Positions 1 to 13,628 of a DNA stretch of 64,000 nucleotides are shown in pieces (the stretch's first letter is position 1; each line of letters starts with the position of its first letter). The notes under the pieces were generated by a model, which was not told where the DNA came from, did no database searches, and worked only from the letters and a program-made list of their open reading frames with translations. The translations under genes and the position numbers were made by a program. The stretch is taken from contig NC_043014.1 of assembly GCF_006345805.1 (NCBI RefSeq), positions 51,088,001 to 51,152,000 of the forward strand, read 5' to 3'. The stretch comes from Octopus sinensis (taxonomy: Eukaryota).

Positions 1-42
1 GTAAAGTGGGTCTCGTAAGGATTTTAATATAAAGGTGGAAGA

Positions 43-222
43 AGCATCGCGGTGCGTTTGACCAGCGTTGCTAAAAATTCTGCCAGCTCGCCGTGTTGTT
101 ATCAATCTAAAAAAATACCTATTTCTTTACTACCCACAAAGGGCCAAACACAAAGGAGACAAAGAAGGACAGATAGACAGACGGATTAAGTCGGTTATAT
201 CGATTCCAGTGCGTAACTCGTA
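43..222 (-). mobile_element. SINE family B fragments (head at 43-93, 3' part at 110-222)
   Basis: Reverse complement matches the head (GGCGAGCTGGCAGAA) and tail (CCTTGTGGGTAGTAAAGAAATAGGTATT) of the full copies at 1763 and 26245. Confidence 0.7.
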
Positions 223-251
223 CTTCTTATCACACAGTCATGCCTGCGCCT

Positions 252-300
<49 letters not shown>

Positions 301-301
<1 letters not shown>

Positions 302-516
302 AGTATTATTTCAGAAGAGTGGTCCCGGTGCGCACACTCGCGTATTCGCGCATCCGCGCTACCTAGTCGTGACTAATCGATCCTACAACTACTACCTAGC
401 AAAGTAAATAAAACACAAAAACACAAAATAAGGATCGACTAGCTACGACTAGCTAGCGCGGATGCACGAGTACGCGAGTGCGCGCACCGGGATGACTCTT
501 CTTAAATAGTAACTAT
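301..516. repeat. GC-rich fold-back (MITE-like) element inside (TA)n
   Basis: Arms at about 301-384 and 431-516 are imperfect reverse complements (GAAGAGTGGTCCCGGTGCGCACACTCGCGTA vs TACGCGAGTGCGCGCACCGGGATGACTCTTC). A-rich spacer; TA tracts on both sides. Confidence 0.75.
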
Positions 517-554
517 ATATATATATATATATATTTAATTACTTATTCATACAT

Positions 555-598
<44 letters not shown>

Positions 599-687
599 CT
601 GTGTTTACATACATTTATATAAAAAACATATATAAATGCATACATACATGTATATACATACATATTATATACATAATATATATATAT

Positions 688-724
<37 letters not shown>

Positions 725-1762
725 CCCCCTCTCTCTCGATAATATATATATATATATATATATATATGATATTCATGCAACTTTAACTTTACAACTTACC
801 TATAGCTTTTTCTGAACCAACGTGTGTAAAACCGTAACTGTAGTACAAAGCTATTGGTGTTTGCTGCTTTTATACTAAATCTCCAACAACTCGGTTTATT
901 TGAGTGCGTTTATTTCCTATTACCATTGCATAAGAAGCAGTGTTTACGTCTTACTTGCTTCAATGGTTCGAAAAATGAACTCTTACCTAATCTTAAACGT
1001 TATTGGATTAAACGCTAGCATTTAATTTGGATTAAATACTTGTACGATTGCATTGATTTTCTTAATTATATTACGATTAATGGAGTTAATTGCGACGATT
1101 GAGGTTGTTCTTGATGCTATTTCTGTTCTTAGCGTGTAAACAACTGAACATTTTCTCGTCTTGTAAATCTCCATTTTCTGTTAAGAAAATTATGTAGAAT
1201 TTTCTGAAATATATCAGCTGCGCTGTATTAGCTTTCTGTGTGTGTAGTTTAGCACGACATCAAAAGAAAAACATAATGATTGCAGATCGATTCAAAAGGG
1301 AACCGGGTGGCAGCTTAATAGCCATTATTTCCGAGGTTTGTATATCCATAACAGCTCAATTTTTATGTTATTGGCGAAATGGTCTAACATCTAACGACAT
1401 AATTTAAAATTGTTTATTTCTAATTTAGGTAGTAGCAGGACAGCAATTTTAAGTTACGAGTGTTTGTCGATATCATCGTTTTCAGAACTTGACTGCAATT
1501 TTGTTTTTTCGATCTTGGAAAGGGGAAAAGCAAAGCTAAAATCGGCTGAAGAGAAATCGGTATGGAGGGAACCGGAAGAAATATTACAAGACATTTTCCC
1601 AACGTTCTAATACCCCATTCTAAAACCAACATGAAGGATTCTAAATGAGGGAGATTCCAGTGTTCCATGGACGTGTGGGTCGCATAGGGGACCATAAAAA
1701 AAAGCCAAACTAAATCTGCATTAGGGTCTCCTTTAAGCATATACCTCAAAGGATCGGATTGA

Positions 1763-2000
1763 GGTGCCAGCTGGCAGAAACGTTAACACGCCGGGCGAAA
1801 TGCTTAGTGGTATTTCGTCTGCCGCTACGTTCTGAGTTCAAATTCCGCCGAGGTCAACACTGTCTTTCATCCTTTCGGGGTCGATTAAATAAGTACCAGT
1901 TATGCACTGGGGTCGATATAATCGACTTAAATCCGTTTGTCTGTCCTTGTTTGTCCTCTCTGTGTTTAGCCCCTTGTGGGTAGTAAAGAAATAGGTATTC
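1763..2000 (+). mobile_element. SINE family B, full length (tRNA-derived)
   Basis: Pol III B-box-like GAGTTCAAATTCC. Central CTTTCATCCTTTCGGGGTCGAT..AAGTACCAG block. About 10 related copies in the window. Confidence 0.9.
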
Positions 2001-2704
2001 ACATGAAAAACCCAAAGAAACAAAGAGACAAATAGATAAGATAAGAAGCTGTATATTGAACAAATGAAGTCACATTCCGAACGAACATAGTAAACTAACA
2101 GCAATAATTGTTGCCAAAAGAATCTCTTAAATATCTGGGTGTCTATTACCTATTCTGACATATATGCCCAGGCTTGCGGTGACATATCTGAAATGCGTGT
2201 GCTGCGCGCACACACACATTACAGTGCGTATATGAAATTAAGAAATTTTCTCACAGTTTCACTCACAGATTTTCTTACGGCAATCTTTCTGGGAAGCTAA
2301 ACCTATGGCACATGCTTACCAAACGCATCTGAAAGTGAGATCGAACTCACGATATTTGACTTCTAAACAATAAAGCCAATCTTCTGATACGAAGGATATA
2401 ATATTTCACTACATTTTATTTTGACTCACCGTGTCTTTTGACATTTGGTAGTAAGGCCAATAAACACACAATGAATACCACACACACGCACACATTACAG
2501 TCACACACATACACACACACGCACAAATACGTGTGCATGGGGTTGATGCGGCTGTATTTATTTTTGTATGTGTATATGTACATGTGTACCAGTGAGCTTA
2601 TTTATATACATATGTAAATATATGTTTGAAAATATAAACTTTTAAATAATGTGTGAGTAACTATTTATATGTTGTCTCACCCCCCTCTCTCTCTCTCTCT
2701 CTCG

Positions 2705-2760
<56 letters not shown>

Positions 2761-2859
2761 ACGTACATATCTATTCATACATACACTTATATATAGATTG
2801 ATACTATTCACACCAACCTCAATAAAATATATTATAGATGTGTATATATATATATGCAT

Positions 2860-2900
<41 letters not shown>

Positions 2901-3055
2901 TATTAAATATATATATAGTAGTTAATTGTGGTGTCTATGTATTTATTGCCATACAAATTCGATCACACAAAAAATTATATCTATTTATTATATACATACA
3001 CACACTCATACACACACACACACACACACCACACACACACACACACAACATATAT

Positions 3056-3089
<34 letters not shown>

Positions 3090-3840
3090 GACACATACCA
3101 TACACATAAATTTAATAACTTCCATATCTAAACATTTATTCGTGTACAACACTCTCTCAATTTCCCTTTCTTTCTTTCTCTGCTATTTTCTACTTCAACT
3201 AACGACTAACAAGCAACAGCTAAATCTTTTATTTACGTTCTGAATTATGAATTCATTTAATTTATTTTTCAGTTAACCTTACACTGGAAGAAAAAGTCAT
3301 TTCACAATGGCTTTTGTATGTTTTTCTATAGCCTCTATTGACTTAATGCTAGTAGCATTATGTTCCGTTACTCCAAATAGACATTTTAATGGAAGTAAAT
3401 AATGTAGCTTTCTGTTCGATCACACGATTAGTTCACAATTTACATAAATATGACTTTGTGTTGTATTGATATTGTCTAAATATATTATATTTACTAACAA
3501 GAATGTAGTTATGGTTACAGCAATGATTGTCTGATATTGACTGAGAAAATGTTTATGAAAACAAGATAAATCCATATGCGTTGAGTAGAGAACAGGGAGA
3601 GATATCTACGTTTATTTTTAATCATAGAAGTCAATACGTTCGTGCGCAAGTGTATGGAAATACTTATAGTAGTATAGACGGACGGACAAAATAAAATACG
3701 TGTGTGATATGCATGTGTGTGCTTGTGTGTGTCACTATGTGGATATCTATGTATGTAATTATCGGTATGTGAAGGATATTTGTTCGTGTCTGTCTGTCTG
3801 TCTCTCTTTCTGTCTATCTGTCTGTCTGTCTGTCTGTTTA

Positions 3841-3913
<73 letters not shown>

Positions 3914-3931
3914 TGTCTGTCTGCCTGTCTG

Positions 3932-3969
<38 letters not shown>

Positions 3970-4020
3970 ACCTATCCGTCTCCCTATATGTCAGTCAATT
4001 TAGGTACATGTATCTATATG

Positions 4021-4063
<43 letters not shown>

Positions 4064-4143
4064 ATATATATATTATATATGTAAGTATGTATATATGTAT
4101 ATATAATATATATATATAATATATATATGCATACATACATACA

Positions 4144-4193
4144 TTTTTTTTCTAGTTTCAGCTCAGAGCTGCGGCCATGGCTGATGCACCGCC
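4144..4193 (-). mobile_element. Short retroposon 3' tail fragment (GGCGGTGC..CATGGCC.CAGCTC..GAGCTGAAACTAG plus A-run)
   Basis: The same ~45-nt motif occurs at 6213-6255 (-) and 37257-37310 (+). It is a variant of the SINE A tail. Confidence 0.65.
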
Positions 4194-4293
4194 CGTTTTG
4201 TGCTACACTGTTATTGCGACGAACCTCGTCTAATATGTGGCACTTGGTGAAGAATGGAATTTGATACAGCTACTCTCATTTGCACCTCTTGCA

Positions 4294-4325
<32 letters not shown>

Positions 4326-4733
4326 TTGCATGTATTCACGTATGCATGTGCCTGCATTACGTATGGGCGCAGGTATGTCTGTGTGGTAAGAACATGGATC
4401 TGGTCTCATTCCCACTGCGTCCCGAAATGCATCAGTGATGTGGACCGTCACAACACTTGACAGTGTACAGGTATCATATACAAACATCATAAAGTACATC
4501 GAATAACAAGCTACACATGAACTGAACAAAATTTCCACTGAAACTTTGCGTAAGGCAAAGGAAATGCTATATTCCCCATATTATTAATTATCTGATTGGA
4601 AACGTAATTGGTCGAAAGAAGAAAATCGTCATTATAATTCACTACGAAATCGATATACAGGGTGTTCAAAAATCTCCCCACGGTAAGTATTTCATTGCAA
4701 AATAAACATTTAAAAGATGGTAGAAGTCTACAA

Positions 4734-4985
4734 GTGGGGGAGCGTGGCTTAGTGGTTAGGGTGTCAGCATCATGATCCTAAGATTGTGGTTTCGATTCCT
4801 GGACCAGGCAACGCGTTGTGTTCTTGAGCAAAACACTACATTTCACGTTGCTCCAGTCCACTCAGCTGGCAAAAATGAGTAACGCTGCGATGGACTGGCG
4901 TCCCGTCCAGCTGGGGAACACATACGCCATAGGAACCGGAAAACCGGGCCCATGACCCTAACTAGGTTTTAAAAGTGTGCATTTA
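4734..4985 (+). mobile_element. SINE family D (tRNA head, V-domain-like core)
   Basis: A box TGGCTTAGTGG and B box GGTTTCGATTCC, followed by GCGATGGACTGGCGTCCCGTCCAG, which resembles the V-SINE central domain (from memory). Confidence 0.75.
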
Positions 4986-5151
4986 TTTTGTTATTATTTC
5001 ATAAGACTACAAAAGAATATATTAGACTTTACAAGACTTTAAAAAACATTAAGAGTCATTCACTTTCAATACAGAAGTTGACACTTCCATACATTTGTTA
5101 AATGGTTAAATAGATGTATTCACTCTTTATACCCCATGATTTCCTTTATGG

Positions 5152-5189
<38 letters not shown>

Positions 5190-5223
5190 AAAAAGGAGAT
5201 GTTGGACACGAGTTGTGATATAA

Positions 5224-5269
<46 letters not shown>

Positions 5270-5552
5270 TATTATATTGAATTAGAGATAAAAACCACTA
5301 TTAGACAAATCAAACAGTGAAAATCATAAGCCATACATAGAAATAAAATTAACAAAACTATAAAATATGAAATATAAAAAATATAAAATTCCAATTAAAA
5401 TATTTAAATTAAAGTTAAAATTTTTAAAAAATTTTAATAATTTAAACTTCAAATTTTAAATATATATATATATATTTATTTATATGTATTGGCTTATGAT
5501 TTTCACTGTTTGGTTTGCCTAATAGTGGTTTTATCTCTAATTTAACATAATA
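5270..5552. repeat. Inverted-repeat element in (TA)n, ~70-bp arms, AT-only spacer
   Basis: AATTAGAGATAAAAACCACTATTAG..CAGTGAAAATCATAAGCC (5280-5332) vs GGCTTATGATTTTCACTG..CTAATAGTGGTTTTATCTCTAATT (5491-5542). Confidence 0.8.
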
Positions 5553-5658
5553 TATATTTGTACTATAAAGTGGATTTTATTTATTAATCCAAATCTAATT
5601 TTCCCTGTAAGTTGGACTACTTCACTAATATTATAATATATAATATATATATATTATA

Positions 5659-5692
<34 letters not shown>

Positions 5693-6291
5693 GAAAGGAA
5701 GATAGATAGATAGTAGATTAGAAATGCAATTTTGCGTTATTAATTACCAACGTCGTTTTAATTACGTGTAATCACGAAGTTGTTTTCTTCGATTTCACAG
5801 ATTCTGTTTCAATATGAAATTCAAACTTACACACACAACACACATACACACACACACACATATACACACACACGCACACTTAACTGTACCCATATGCAAT
5901 TTCGTATATTATTACTGAGAATATACATATTTAGTCACTAGGCAACGCAATCATGTGAGCGCAATATTATAATTGTATTAAGGTTTTGTCATGTTACTAA
6001 TTAGTATATAACATGAATATTTGACAGGCTCTTTGGAACTGGCAGCAAACTACTAACGCCTTTATGTCAATATGAAGAACGGTTAAACATGAAATTCGGC
6101 ATTTTCTTTGGTCTTTCGGCATTTTCTTTGATTCCTCAGACTTTCAGGCGGGGTGCCAAGTGAATGTATTATTATTATTATTATTATTTATTTATTATTT
6201 TATTTTATTTTATCTAGTTTCAGCTCACGAGCTGTGGCCATGCTGGGGCACCGCCATTTCGTGTTGCTACATGATTTTACTTCACGAATGC

Positions 6292-6359
<68 letters not shown>

Positions 6360-6654
6360 TATATTATTATTATTATTATGTTGTTGTTGTTGTTAGAAGC
6401 AAAAAATGAAGAGTACCATTGTAATCAGGTGGACGATATTTCGGCATCTCGTGTGTCCTCAAGTTCACAAAATAAACTTGTCAATCTAATTCATTTTGGT
6501 AGTATTTATAGGATTGAAGTAACTCCTCCAGAACGTATAGAAGCAAAAAACCTCCAGAAGAGTGGCATTATTATCAAATGGACGATATTATTATCATTAT
6601 TAATATCATCATGAAAGACTCTCGGATAATTCTCAATTACTGATTATTCTTTAC

Positions 6655-6770
6655 TTGAAAGCAGGCGATAACAATTCACCAAAGATTTCAAGTAGTGCTT
6701 CCTCTGTGACTCAAAGAGACAATACTCTCCTTAGAATGCGAACTGTATCCAACAAATGCTGTCTTCTTCT
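6655..6770 (-). mobile_element. 3' end of an RLE-type (R4/Dong-like) non-LTR retrotransposon
   Basis: The minus strand encodes LLDTVRILRRVLSL-stop, the typical C-terminus of these ORFs (cf. LLGNTRILRRVLE at about 60120-60160). A TAA-rich tail follows. Confidence 0.6.
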
Positions 6771-7169
6771 TCTTCTTCTTCTCCTTATCATTCTTGTTTT
6801 CTTCTTATCTTCTTGTTTTTCTTATTTCTTCGTTTTTCTTTCTTCTTGTTTTCTTCTTCTTATTATTCTTCTTCTTCTTCTCTTCTTCCTCTTCTTTTTC
6901 TCTTCGTTTTTAAAGGCCGTTAAAAATGGGCGTGCTGGTTGAAGCTTTTAATCCAGGATCTTTCGTTCTAAGTTCAAATACAGCTGGGTTCAAATTAGCC
7001 TTTTTGTCCCCCTCGGACAAAACCCCGGGAGTCGACGGAGTCGGGTATGAATGCTGCCCTCAAAATTATATACGTAAAAATTACACCTAAAAATTTACAG
7101 TTCAAGACGTACGTGTTCTTCAAATCATTGAAAAGCTAAAAATCTCCATATGCATATAACCATACACAG

Positions 7170-7520
7170 TGCATAATGTGGAGAATATTCCACCAGCAAG
7201 ACCCTAATGACGGTAACGTCAGATTCAGAATGCATGCAAGGCCGGGGTATGTGCCATACACAATTAAGGTTCACATTGCATAATTTCATTGCAAGACAAT
7301 TTATTTTCCTCAGCAGGAGGATGATGTTCTGATTAATATTATTCCAAATGAAATCAAACTAGTAAAACATCCCGTCTTACAAAAGCTGGGCAAATTTCGT
7401 CAGGTAAGAGAACTGGTATTGCTTGAAGAATACTTGACCGCACCAGGATAAAACGAAACTTGTCTTAACAGATCTTAATGAATGGCGCTGTAGGTGAAAC
7501 ATGGCCTGGCACAATCTGTT
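7170..7520 (+). mobile_element. Decayed 3' end of CR1/L2-group LINE (same family as 22334 and 42949)
   Basis: Frameshifted MWRIFHQQDPND..FRMHARPG / LQDNLFSSAG / LINIIPNEIK..KLGKFRQ aligns with HSRLGP..HSFFSSTGPALFN..KEEKDPITFKRHLDTFLQ. Ends in CATGGCCTGGCACAATC, like CATGGCCTGGACCAATC of the other copies. Confidence 0.7.
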
Positions 7521-8009
7521 GTCGAAGCATATCTAAGTTATACATACTTCTGTATGTGTATGTGCGTATCTATGTACACATATACACACACCAATACACA
7601 CACACACACACACACCCACACACATATATATATATATATTATATATATATATATATATATGTCTTTCCAGGGGTATATGCAATATATATGTAGTTTTTCC
7701 CCAAATAAATTGCCTTTTCATATTCGAAATTTCGATGAGGCTATAAAGTGTTACACAAGCACTGTTCTGAGTTCATCGTAACCTACAGCAGAAGCAGCTG
7801 TAAGCTACTTAAATTAATAAGATAATAATATATTTGTTATCTCATTTTCTTACATACACATACACACACATACACTCGCTCACACGTATTAGATATCAAA
7901 TGCGTCAGAGTATAAATGTAATATTATAAGATTTTATAGTTTGCTTGAAGCATTGTATATGGAAGATCTCGTTGAAAGATTTAAAAGGCCAATGTAAGTA
8001 GATTTTAAA

Positions 8010-8197
8010 ATGAGGTAACGTAAACTAAAAGTAAGTTATCTGGTAATCTTTGGTCGTATATTTATCCAATATTTCGGGTCGTACAAGTCTCTTCTTCCTT
8101 TTTAACCCTGAATAAGGGACTTGTATGTCCCGAATTACTGGATATATATAAGACCAAAGATTACCAGATAACTTACTTTTAGTTTACGTTATCTCAT
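8010..8197. repeat. Imperfect palindrome made of two decayed HHR-bearing units
   Basis: Arms 8010-8089 and 8118-8197 are reverse complements. Each strand carries a decayed (CT)GAAGA-A-GGGAC-ttgtat-GTCC-CGAAA-TATT motif. Confidence 0.7.
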
Positions 8198-8549
8198 CTT
8201 AGGACCCATTTGCATTGTTTGACTTTTTAAATATTTCAATGTAATTTTATAATTATACTCAGAAGCCTTTAAAATGGAAATCTGAAATTAACCAGTCCCA
8301 CAAAACAAAAAAAAAAATATTATCACAATACGAACTACACAAGATGCAGACATTGCTAAAATAAAGTTGACATAGGAGTAACATCACCAAGATTAACATA
8401 TGTATATAGAACCAGTATATTAAACACAGGCTTCCTCTTTCAAAAGCGTCGACGATTATAAACACCACATCACAAAAAGAATAATCAAGAAATTGACAGA
8501 GCTCCACCAACGGCAAGAAACATATTTAGGGAAACACTAGGTTAATCGG

Positions 8550-8767
8550 AGTAAAGATTGTTTGCCAACATAACATGGCAGTCCGGGCTGAGGACGAATG
8601 TTGCTGTAATTTAACCCCAGGAGACATCATCTCCAGCTGGCTCTACGACACGATGTGTCCTTATATTTTCATTTAGCCAGCTGGAGACGAAGTTTCCTGG
8701 GGCTAAATTACAGCAACATTCGTCCTAAACCAGGACTGCCATGTTATATTGGCAAACAATCTTTACT
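8550..8767. mobile_element. MITE-like element with ~93-bp inverted arms
   Basis: AGTAAAGATTGTTTGCCAA..CCAGCTGGCT (8550-8642) vs AGCCAGCTGG..TTGGCAAACAATCTTTACT (8675-8767). Confidence 0.8.
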
Positions 8768-9917
8768 ACAAATTACTGTTCATGAATATCTCTTGTTGTG
8801 AGATTTAAAAATAGTAATTTTCTAACTACGTTATTCGTTCCAAAGTTTGACACATGGTCAGCTATTTCGAGGGAGGGATGAAGCTACGTACATTGACCCC
8901 AGTGGTCAGATGATACTTGTTTTATTAACCCTGAAATGGCAAGAGGAACTTTTTCAACTTAGAATAAAGTAAGGAAAACAATTAAATTGAGGAAAATGTA
9001 AATGCCAAGTCTTTTAAAAATATTTCCGTAGTCTTGAAATAAGTAGGTCATTTTCCTTTATTTTCTTATGTGTTCTCTGTTGTTTGTTTTTTTATTTTAG
9101 TGAAGGGTAGGTAGCTAGCAGCGGATCTGAAGAGAAAGTTAATATGAGGGATGTGTGGAACATCAAATGCCATGTAGTACCACGGGGAAGTTTTGCACTC
9201 ATGAAACCGACAACATCATAAGAATTAAAAAGAGTGCCTTGAAAAGTATTCCATAACTGACCACATTGTAGATACATCCAGAAAAAGTTACGCGTGACAA
9301 ACGCAAAATGTCATCCGATGGTCTTTTGATATAATGACGTTTATATGCGCGATAGAAACGGAATAACAAAAGTTACGTCAAAAATATTCTTGGAACTTTG
9401 GAGCGAATGATGAGAATAAGGAAATATTTAAGAGTAGTCAATAAGAACTCATAATCGTAGATTTTCGTTTTCATTCCAGGATTTCATCATTTATTTAACT
9501 TATAAAGGTAGCATCATAAAAAAATAAGATATTCCTTATAAAAGACCAAGATACATATAAAAGAAATTGAGAATTGTCAAATCATATCGAATGGCGAAGA
9601 ACTAATATCTGAAAGTTAACAGAAAGGCTGCGTATATGCAAAGAAATGATGATGCATGGCAGCATAAAATACGATACATATTTATAAATATGAACAGCTT
9701 TAAATCACAGACAAAGAGATATTTGGCATTTCTCTTCGTTATCAAAGCAGTTTCGTACTGAGTAACCCTTGACGTGTCTGTCAAATATTTGCTCTGGCTA
9801 AATGTCATAAAATTGTCAACATGCCAACAAAAGCTTACTTACATTTTCTACTGTGATATTTCCCGTTGAAATTCCTTCTTGTCAATCCCCTCTCTCTAAA
9901 GTTGCTGTCTTGTTGCC

Positions 9918-9952
<35 letters not shown>

Positions 9953-10755
9953 TAATCCGTTGGATCACATCAGAGGAGAGGCTTGTATGCATGGGCGACT
10001 GCTGGCCTTCCACAAACAACCTTGTCCGGAATCGTACCTCGGAGGGCAATTTTCTAGGTGCAATCCCATGGTCATTCATGATCGAAGGAGGTTTCGTCCT
10101 TCCCCTCGTCCTCCTCTTCCACCTCCTCTTCCACCTCCTCCTCCACCTCCTCCTCCACCTCCTCCTCCACCTCCACCTGTACCTCCTCTTCCATCTCCTT
10201 TACCTCATAGTTCTCCTCCTCCTCATCCACCAACCCCTCCCCCTCCCTCTCCTACAATAATTAGAATTAGAGGATATTGATAGATCTTTTGGAAGTTACA
10301 CATTACTACTGCGCATACACTTACAGCAAGAAGACCAGGTCGCGCTCGAGTGCTTTTGGTCGCTCTTTAACGCTACTGGTAACATGTAACCCAGTAAAAA
10401 CAGTTATATGGTCTGGTGGTCGGCGACTAAACTGGCAACCCCACCGAGCTTCCTTGGTGAGGAGGGTGATTTTTGGACACCCTGCGGGACGAAAGATGTA
10501 ACCCGCCTAAGGGCAGAGATATGATTATAGACGACTTAGTAAACAGTGTATGACCATAGGGTTTGCAAATCTCTATGATAACAGTGTCGATATGCATTGT
10601 AAAGAATTATCGTGTCTGATGAGTTTGCACCTGCGTAATGCATTGAGACAATCTAACTACCTGCATTATGGTTACATCAAAAACAAACAAACAAATCTAT
10701 TGAAACGGTTCTATCAGTTCCAGGAAATATGTCCGTCTCTTTCTAGTACACACAC

Positions 10756-11119
10756 GGAGGAGCAATGACCCAGTGGTTAGGGCAGCGGACTCGAGGTCGT
10801 AGGATCGCGGTTTCAATTCCCAGACCGGGCGTTGCGAGTGTTTATTGAGCGAAAACACCTAAAGCGCCACGAGGCTCCGGCAGGGCATGGTGGTGATCCC
10901 TGCTGTAATCTTTCACCACAACTTTCTCTCACTCTTACTTCCTGTTTCTGTTGTACCTGTATTTCAAGGGGCCGGCCTTGTCACTCTCTGTGTCACGCTG
11001 AATATCCCCGAGAACGTCTGTGGAGTGCTCAGCCACTTACACGTTAATTTCACGAGCAGGCTGTTCCGTTGATCGGATCAACTTGAAACCTCGTCGTCGC
11101 AACCGACGGAGTGCTTCCA
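10756..11119 (+). mobile_element. SINE family C, full length
   Basis: A box TGACCCAGTGG and B box GGTTTCAATTCC. Near-identical to 25385-25766. Confidence 0.9.
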
Positions 11120-11324
11120 TCCAGTACACACACACACACATACACATGTATGTATAAAGAATGAAAAGATGAGGGAATGAGAAAGGCCAGGAGACAGACG
11201 TGCGTATGCCTACGCGTAAATCGAGGCTGGTGTTGAATGACAGCGAGCGAGAGAACGTTAGCGTTTTATATATACCCGTATATGACAAAAGCTTATAAGA
11301 CCTGTAAAAATACAGATATATATA

Positions 11325-11483
11325 TACAGGAGTCGCTGTGTGGTAAGTAGCTTGCTAACCAACCACATGGTTCCGGGTTCAGTCCCACTGCGTGGCATCT
11401 TGGGCAAGTGTCTTCTGATATAGCCCCGGGCCGTCCAATGCCTTGTGAGTGGATTTGGTAGACGGAAACTGAAAGAGCCGTCG

Positions 11484-11547
<64 letters not shown>

Positions 11548-11757
11548 TTGTGTGTCTGTGTTTGTCCCCCTAGCATTGTGTGACAACCGATGCTGGTGTG
11601 TTTATGTCCCCGTCACTTAGCGGTTCGGCAAAAGTGACCGATAGAATAAGTACTGGGCTTACAAAGAATAAGCCCGGGGTCGATTTGCTCGACTAAAGGC
11701 GGTGCTCCAGCATGGCCGCAGTCAAATGACTGAAACAAGTAAAAGAGTAAAAGAGTA
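11325..11757 (+). mobile_element. SINE family A, full length
   Basis: tRNA-like head (GCTGTGTGG, GGTTCAGTCC), CORE-like CTTGGGCAAGTG, internal (TA)n(TG)n tract, tail ending in GTAAAAGA repeats. Confidence 0.9.
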
Positions 11758-12167
11758 TTATATATATATATATATACACGCATTAGCAAACACACACAAA
11801 CACACATGCACACATGAGTTAAGTCCAAGTGAATAGAGGAAACGTTGGGCATTTAATTCCATAGAAATATGCATTTTACAGCAGATGGCTTCCAGTTGGG
11901 AAGTAAACTTTTTCATGAATGTATTTCTTCAGCACAAGAAGACATTGTAGGATGTAATATTAATATTAATTTTTCAAACCATTATATCGCCTGTAGTAAA
12001 GTGGAGTTATAATACTTAGAGTTACATGCAGAAAATAAGCAAAAAAATATATCTATATTTGCTGCTGAGACATGTTTAACCAAGTTGCAAACTAAGCACA
12101 TATCGAATGGTGCTATATATATATGCAAATATGTATGTATATATATATATATAATATATATATATTA

Positions 12168-12205
<38 letters not shown>

Positions 12206-12378
12206 ATATATATGGATCTATATATATATATATATCCATATATATGTATCTATATATATCCATATATATGCACATATATCCATATATATATACAAATATA
12301 TATATTACCATACATACACACACACACACACTATATATATATATAGATAGGATAGATACATCGACATGTGTATCCAGG

Positions 12379-12412
<34 letters not shown>

Positions 12413-12469
12413 TAATACATATAAAGCTAGATATATGGGCATGTGTATACAGGAAATATTATATTATAT

Positions 12470-12501
<32 letters not shown>

Positions 12502-13154
12502 CTATATATTTGAATATTTATATATCTATATCTATAACTATTAATGCAAACACACACACACATATTACCATATGTATATATATATATATATATGTATGTA
12601 TAGTTATGGATATATATATATAGTATATATAGATTATATATATATATATATATATAATATATATTATATATGTGTGGTGTGTGTGTGTGTGTGTGTGTGA
12701 GAAATTGAGAGAGGTGGCAAGGAAAAGTGAAAGACAAGACAAAACTAGAGACTGATGGAGACACAAATAGGAAGCAAAAAGATTCTTGCTATTTTACGTG
12801 CGAATCGAAAATTGTCTTTATGCGTTCAGGAAAAACTATTTTCTTCTTTCGTTTCTGGTTTCTTTCTTTTAGATACCCGTATCTTGAGGCAATATAATAT
12901 TCCATGTGCAATTGTTGTTCCTTTATTTTTGCTTTCTCGAAAAGCAGCTTTAGAAAAAACATATTCCTCGAATTAAGCATGGCAGGTATTCATGTAGAAC
13001 GTTGTGATATTATGATAATCTTGGAAAAAAAATAAGCAGTAAGTATATTAGATTGTTTATCGTAAGTAAATTTTGTTATGTTCTAGCTACAGACATTTTA
13101 GTGTATTGAAATGTTGACAGAATACTCTCATTCTCTTTCAATTTATAATATATG

Positions 13155-13191
<37 letters not shown>

Positions 13192-13317
13192 TGAGATGTA
13201 CTTGCATAGCATGTGACCCGATCTGAGATTGTGTGATGGAAAGAAACAATTGCAACATGGGAGGTGTTTGTGTGTTTCTTAATGGCTTATAAAAACCTTC
13301 CACGCTGTAATTGTTTC

Positions 13318-13384
<67 letters not shown>

Positions 13385-13469
13385 GTGTGTGTTGTGTTTG
13401 TGTGTTGTGTGGTGTGTGTGTGTGTGTGTGTGGTGTGTGACTGTATGCATATGTTATATATATATACGA

Positions 13470-13628
13470 CAGACTTTTTCGGTTTCCGGTTACCAATACA
13501 CTCTCAAAGCCGTTGGTTGGCCCGAGGCTATATTGGAAAACACCAGCGCAAGGTGCCACGCAGTGGGCTTGAACTTGGAACTTTGTGGTTAGGAAGCAAG
13601 CTTCTTACCGCACAGCCTCGCATGCACC
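13470..13628 (-). mobile_element. SINE A 5' half, diverged
   Basis: Reverse complement of the SINE A head up to the internal microsatellite. Confidence 0.75.

Noticed and set aside
7314-7403. Apparent 90-nt symmetric exon (CAG acceptor, GTAAG donor, QEDDVLINIIPNEIK..)
   Set aside because: The peptide and flanks align with the C-terminus and 3' UTR of the LINE family at 22334 and 42949, so the splice-like sites are probably coincidental.
9960-10280. Proline-rich 106-aa ORF
   Set aside because: It is a (CCT)n microsatellite joined to a repeat fragment.
10616-10650. CTGATGAG..GAGAC as a hammerhead
   Set aside because: The GAAA box is absent and stems I and III are unconvincing.
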